DNA of 35,456 nucleotides, from IMG/VR virus record IMGVR_UViG_3300042691_005779. The stretch is one strand, 5' to 3'. A program made the position numbers and the translations under genes. The DNA is from a virus. Lineage: Duplodnaviria > Heunggongvirae > Uroviricota > Caudoviricetes. This document shows, piece after piece, positions 33,801 to 35,456 of this stretch (positions are counted from its first letter, which is position 1; every line of letters begins with the position of its first letter). The notes under the pieces were generated by a model. The model made no database searches. It had not been told where the DNA came from and saw nothing but the letters and a program-made list of their open reading frames with translations.

Positions 33801-35456
33801 ACCAGCAGTTCCTGAGGTACCACTAATACCACTTGTTCCACTGGTGCCACTAGTTCCTGAAGAACCAGAGCTTCCTGTGGTTCCAGATGTACCACTTGTA
33901 CCTCCTGTACCATTAGTACCAGACGTACCACTAGAACCTGCTGTGCCACTTGTGCCAGAGGTTCCTGTAGTACCAGAGGTTCCTGAACTTCCTGATGTTC
34001 CACTAGAACCACTTGTTCCTGTTGTTCCACTTGATCCTGAAGAGCCAGTTGTACCACTAGTACCACTTGTTCCTCCTGTTCCATCTGTGCCACTGGTTCC
34101 ACTAGTTCCTGTTGTACCACTAGTGCCAGATGTACCATTTACTCCTGAAGAGCCTGATGTGCCACTTGTACCAGAAGAACCAGAAGAACCTGAAGAACCT
34201 TCACCTCCTGTAGCACCATCCAAGTTAACTTGCCATGAGCTATATGTACCAGACCCTGTAAGTCTAAATACAGTGAAGCTTAATGAGCCAGTTGCTGGGT
34301 TATAAGAAGTCACCTCAGCCTCTACGTGATTGTTTGCATCATAAGCAACAATAATAGACTGACCAACTGTATATGCTAATCCTGTTCCCACTGTAATGGT
34401 TCCTGAAGAACCTACAGCTCCTAATGTATATGTTGATGTTGATGTGGTGGCAAATCTGTCACCACTCAACCCTGAAGTTCCTGATGTCCCACTAGTACCA
34501 GAGGTTCCAGAAGTTCCTCTTGTTCCACTAGTTCCACTAGTTCCACTAGTGCCCCCAGTACCATCTGTAGCTGATGTACCAGAACTTCCACTTGTACCTG
34601 AAGTTCCTGACGTTCCAGAGGTACCACTTGTTCCTGTGGTACCTGATGTACCAGCACTACCACTTGTACCACTAGATCCACTAGTACCAGTTGTACCTGA
34701 TGATCCTGAAGACCCTGTAGTACCAGAAGTACCTGATGTGCCTCCTGTTCCATCAGTCCCACTAGTCCCACTCGTACCACTAGTTCCAGCTGTGCCTGAA
34801 GTCCCACTTGTTCCACCTGTACCATCAGTACCTGAAGTTCCAGTTGTACCTGATGTACCTGCTGTTCCTGAGCTTCCACTAGAGCCACTTGACCCACTTG
34901 TACCAGTTGTACCAGAGGTTCCCCCTGTACCATCAGTACCAGAGGTGCCTGATGTTCCAGTAGTACCTGCTGTACCACTTGATCCTGATGTTCCAGAACT
35001 GCCACTAGTACCTGTAGTACCTGATGTGCCACTGGTACCTGCTGTACCTGAAGTACCTGTTGTACCAGCAGTTCCTGAGCTGCCTGATGTGCCAGAGCTG
35101 CCTGAAGTTCCTGTGGTTCCACTTGTACCAGATGTGCCATCTGTACCTGAAGTTCCACTAGTTCCAGTTGTTCCACTGGAACCTGAGCTTCCAGAAGTAC
35201 CTGTTGTACCACTGGTTCCAGCTGTACCACTGGTTCCTGATGTGCCATCAGTACCAGACGTGCCTGAAGTTCCACCTGTACCATCTGTTCCACTCGTACC
35301 TGAAGTACCAGAGGTTCCAGAAGTGCCAGAGGTTCCTGACGTACCATCAATACCTGAAGTACCAGAGGTACCACCTGTAGCTGTGAAGTTTGCAATAGTA
35401 CCATCACCTCGTATGTATTGAGCTGCTGATCCTGTTGCTACAACGTTTATAGTTCC
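27480..35456 (-). CDS. giant tail fibre/adhesin of at least 2658 aa, 5-prime end outside the window
   Basis: The frame of ORF 27480..34469 stays open to base 35456 (GTINVVATGSAAQYIRGDGTIANFTATGGTSGTSG...); the TTG at 34469 is an internal Leu codon. Contains GTS repeats, 15-aa beta-roll repeats and a C-terminal S74 domain. Confidence 0.88.
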   Translation of the reverse strand, partial: GTINVVATGSAAQYIRGDGTIANFTATGGTSGTSGIDGTSGTSGTSGTSGTSGTSGTDGTGGTSGTSGTDGTSGTSGTAGTSGTTGTSGSSGSSGTTGTSGTSGTDGTSGTSGTTGTSGSSGTSGSSGTAGTTGTSGTAGTSGTSGTTGTSGSSGTSGSSGTAGTTGTSGTSGTDGTGGTSGTTGTSGSSGSSGSSGTAGTSGTTGTSGTDGTGGTSGTSGTAGTSGTSGTSGTDGTGGTSGTSGTTGSSGSSGTTGTSGSSGTSGSAGTSGTTGTSGTSGTSGTSGTSGSSGTSATDGTGGTSGTSGTSGTRGTSGTSGTSGTSGTSGLSGDRFATTSTSTYTLGAVGSSGTITVGTGLAYTVGQSIIVAYDANNHVEAEVTSYNPATGSLSFTVFRLTGSGTYSSWQVNLDGATGGEGSSGSSGSSGTSGTSGSSGVNGTSGTSGTTGTSGTSGTDGTGGTSGTSGTTGSSGSSGTTGTSGSSGTSGSSGTSGTTGTSGTSGTAGSSGTSGTNGTGGTSGTSGTTGSSGSSGTSGTSGTSGISGTSGTAGTSGTSGINGTSGTSGSSGSSATSGTSGTNGTGGTSGTTGTSGSSGTSATSGTSGTTGTSGTTGSSGSSGTTGTSGSSGTSGTSGTSGTSGTSGSSGSSGINVGSSAVIVLGAGLCSSVRCGVTNTSSGAYSGSLSGSANASVGSYSAIAGGLSNTTQNTASFIGGGSNNSASANRSVVGGGQSNTASGTYSFTGGGLSNNASGTRSAVVSGESNLSSANYSFVGAGYDNTASSTYSSVVGGYQNTASGTYTFIGGGRGNIANIAFSTVGGGQANCSYGGCSAIGGGWCNVASGLRATVAGGAANNASGAQYPFIGGGYGNTASGSYGSVAAGGYLNTTSGYMAGIGGGQNNTASASRSHIGGGVLNITSGGESFIGSGNGNVASGNNTSIGGGCNNTSSGNCSTVGGGRVNGAAGIYSVVGGGYGNCTNGGQASVVGGESNYANGCYSFIGGGYANTNSGVCSLIGGGAFNCIAIAGTGITIAGGTSNFICNATSASCGAWSTIVGGTGHNTTGGTWTGGCFSVAPTVCDAGYFSFIGGGFRHIATGQFSTISGGYQNIASGNTSTIGGGTVNRATGCWTTVAGGRCNTATFAYSSALGGVMNDATGGYSTVSGGYDNTSSGTYSTVSGGYQNTASGTRSFIGGGCRNTSTSNGSVVGGGHVNTASGALSSIGGGSTNTSSGNCSTVGGGQLNAATGGYSTISGGINNAASGVNSSIGGGCNNIACTNSSTVAGGRINCAFGEAAVVAGGEVNKSTGNYSFIGGGSGNTASAYMSVVAGGYQNVASGLYAFIGGGGRPPSPNIASGDYSAISGGRANTASGYISTVAGGIGNTTSAYRSIVGGGGFNTASGGISGVFSGNGNASSGSHSVVAGGCSNTASGACSAVLGGRANIASGENNVVAGGVCNRACGTYHATVGGGFNNVASGSYSATVAGGYDNTASGYMSTIAGGRANSTTNSYTFVGGGLSNTASGGASSIGGGSTNSASAPFGTIGGGEVNTASGCGHSTVGGGLCNRATNWRTTVSGGYCNTASGYVASVVGGRFNSSIGSYSLVGAGCLNTASGYSSIVLGGNGNTASGGFATVIGSGAAGNIASGDRSFIGGGRQGTASSYMATIVNGTFNVVACGNRSFIGAGSVNHVCSLHSSAVGGQGNFVFANHGFIGGGSCNSICNSTSDCLAFGAVVVGGVGNNTSGGTWSLAACEFTVAPTRVNAGIYSTIGGGFQNRASGTYSVVSGGQCSVASSNNTSIGGGLCNTTSGYFSTVSGGRFNAASGNTSFVGAGMQNTASGQFSAVLGGCNNSASGYMAMVGGRQNLASASHSVVAGGVVNVACGDTSTVSGGYSNLASGSWSFIGGGYDVTASGESSTVGGGRGNNASGCWATIGGGNGNTSSSNGTTVGGGVGNNATAVRSVVAGGQSNTASGYFTAVGGGISNTASVTGAFVGGGCSNQSCGTQSTVGGGFGNVASSQYPTIAGGYSNTASGNYSAVGGGYVNASSGYNGTVSGGYRNCASGTQSTVAGGICNRANATGGFAGGGIGNNTSGGVMGSSYFSTAPSVIYTMGTAGVLVGGWMNINCGNYAFLGGGQFNCAASSWTTVGGGCYNRALAGNSTISGGLSNTASSITGTIGGGYTNTVSGTYDSTIAGGALNTASGNKASIGAGQSNTASGVASRVGGGCNNSATNSHATVGGGFSNTAGGACSTIAGGRAASASGYGSFVGSGNNNTASGGYAAVVGGASNLALGSGSFVGGGASVRACGIRSTASGGYNNNATGCESTIAGGRSNGATGSWATVGGGFLNSASFSISTVSGGYSNTASGNRGFVGAGQSNTASGAYSTVAGGSSNVASGTRSFVGGGSGNAASNTWTTLGGGLTNSASGYLSSIVGGQTNTASGNSSFVGGGYNNIASTTYSAIVGGEGNRACTSNYTFVGGGLNNVANSCWSSVLAGLCNTTNSATNAHMIGSCLFGVANNFTFVNNLCQWGGGISDCRRKNTIQDTCFGLDDIIKLRPVSYCWNGDVSCHRKYGFIAQEVQQAMACVVEVNSVSRVDENGLEVIVGEGGSPILQFEKDAIYASYVNAFKELKAENDSLKDRIKIIENILKNNNLI
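27945..33420 (-). repeat. 15-aa S-x-[VI]-x-G-G-x-x-N-x-A-S-G-x-x repeat array (YadA/Hep-Hag-like beta-roll)
   Basis: Read directly from the translation; roughly 115-120 units, estimated by dividing length by 15. Confidence 0.85.
33520..34205 (-). repeat. (Gly-Thr/Ser-Ser)n triplet repeat
   Basis: Gly at nearly every third residue, no Pro. Confidence 0.9.
34470..35385 (-). repeat. (Gly-Thr/Ser-Ser/Thr)n triplet repeat, about 300 aa
   Basis: In-frame upstream extension of the fibre gene; source of the V/P/E shadow ORF on the plus strand. Confidence 0.9.

Noticed and set aside
33520-35385. Ice-nucleation or antifreeze function for the Thr-rich repeats
   Set aside because: No InaZ-type 16-aa AGYGSTxT repeat or regular TxT beta-solenoid register; the context indicates a fibre shaft.
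33358-35421. Long plus-strand V/P/E/L ORFs (33358..34305, 34396..35421) and minus-strand Q/V/L ORFs (33500..34138, 34466..35407)
   Set aside because: They are shadow frames of the GTS codon repeat; the Gly-Thr-Ser frame is continuous with the fibre gene.
1-35456. Stop-codon reassignment, as seen in some Bacteroidota phages
   Set aside because: Long genes are intact under the standard code, and TAG (20768, 5206) and TGA (573, 971) act as real stops at gene junctions.
27480-35456. CRISPR array or diversity-generating retroelement in the repeat region
   Set aside because: Repeats are codon-degenerate protein repeats with no fixed repeat-spacer structure; I saw no reverse transcriptase and no template/variable repeat pair differing at adenines.
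1-35456. tRNA, rRNA, integrase, transposase or capsid/terminase genes
   Set aside because: None recognised; the intergenic gaps are short (the largest about 110 nt) and I saw no cloverleaf, so phage family cannot be assigned from this window.

Overview
This is a gene-dense, AT-rich segment of a large tailed dsDNA phage. The host is most likely Bacteroidota: six (T/A)TTG-N19/20-TAnnTTTG promoters sit upstream of gene blocks, and I saw no AGGAGG-type Shine-Dalgarno sequences at the starts I checked. Bases 1-3948 (+) are the end of a DNA-metabolism operon (dUTPase, HNH/NinG-like nuclease, GroES-like protein, GT11, GT2, methyltransferase), closed by a bidirectional terminator. The rest is almost all minus strand. 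In coordinate order it holds eight tightly coupled Lys-rich proteins sharing a K-x-[AYLM]-[QK]-x-G(G) motif, a Dps-like protein, and a glycosyltransferase resembling plant peptidyl-Ser/Hyp O-glycosyltransferases between two poly-Thr-tailed genes. Next come LRR/LamG, PKD-like and Gly-Thr-Ser repeat proteins, an envelope cassette (beta-barrel-like, CsgG-like, cohesin/dockerin-like, lipoprotein) and a lysis cassette (GH19 endolysin, holin, spanin-like). Then follow a sulfation operon (GT9-like, sulfotransferase, APS kinase, nucleotidyltransferase) and a giant fibre gene of at least 2658 aa that runs off the right edge. One plus-strand gene (21195-24587) encodes a four-domain methyltransferase/GT-A/GT4/Aah-TibC-like enzyme. 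Main hypothesis (inference): the phage encodes its own protein O-glycosylation and sulfation system acting on Thr/Ser-rich virion proteins. All family assignments come from motifs recognised by eye; no database search was run.
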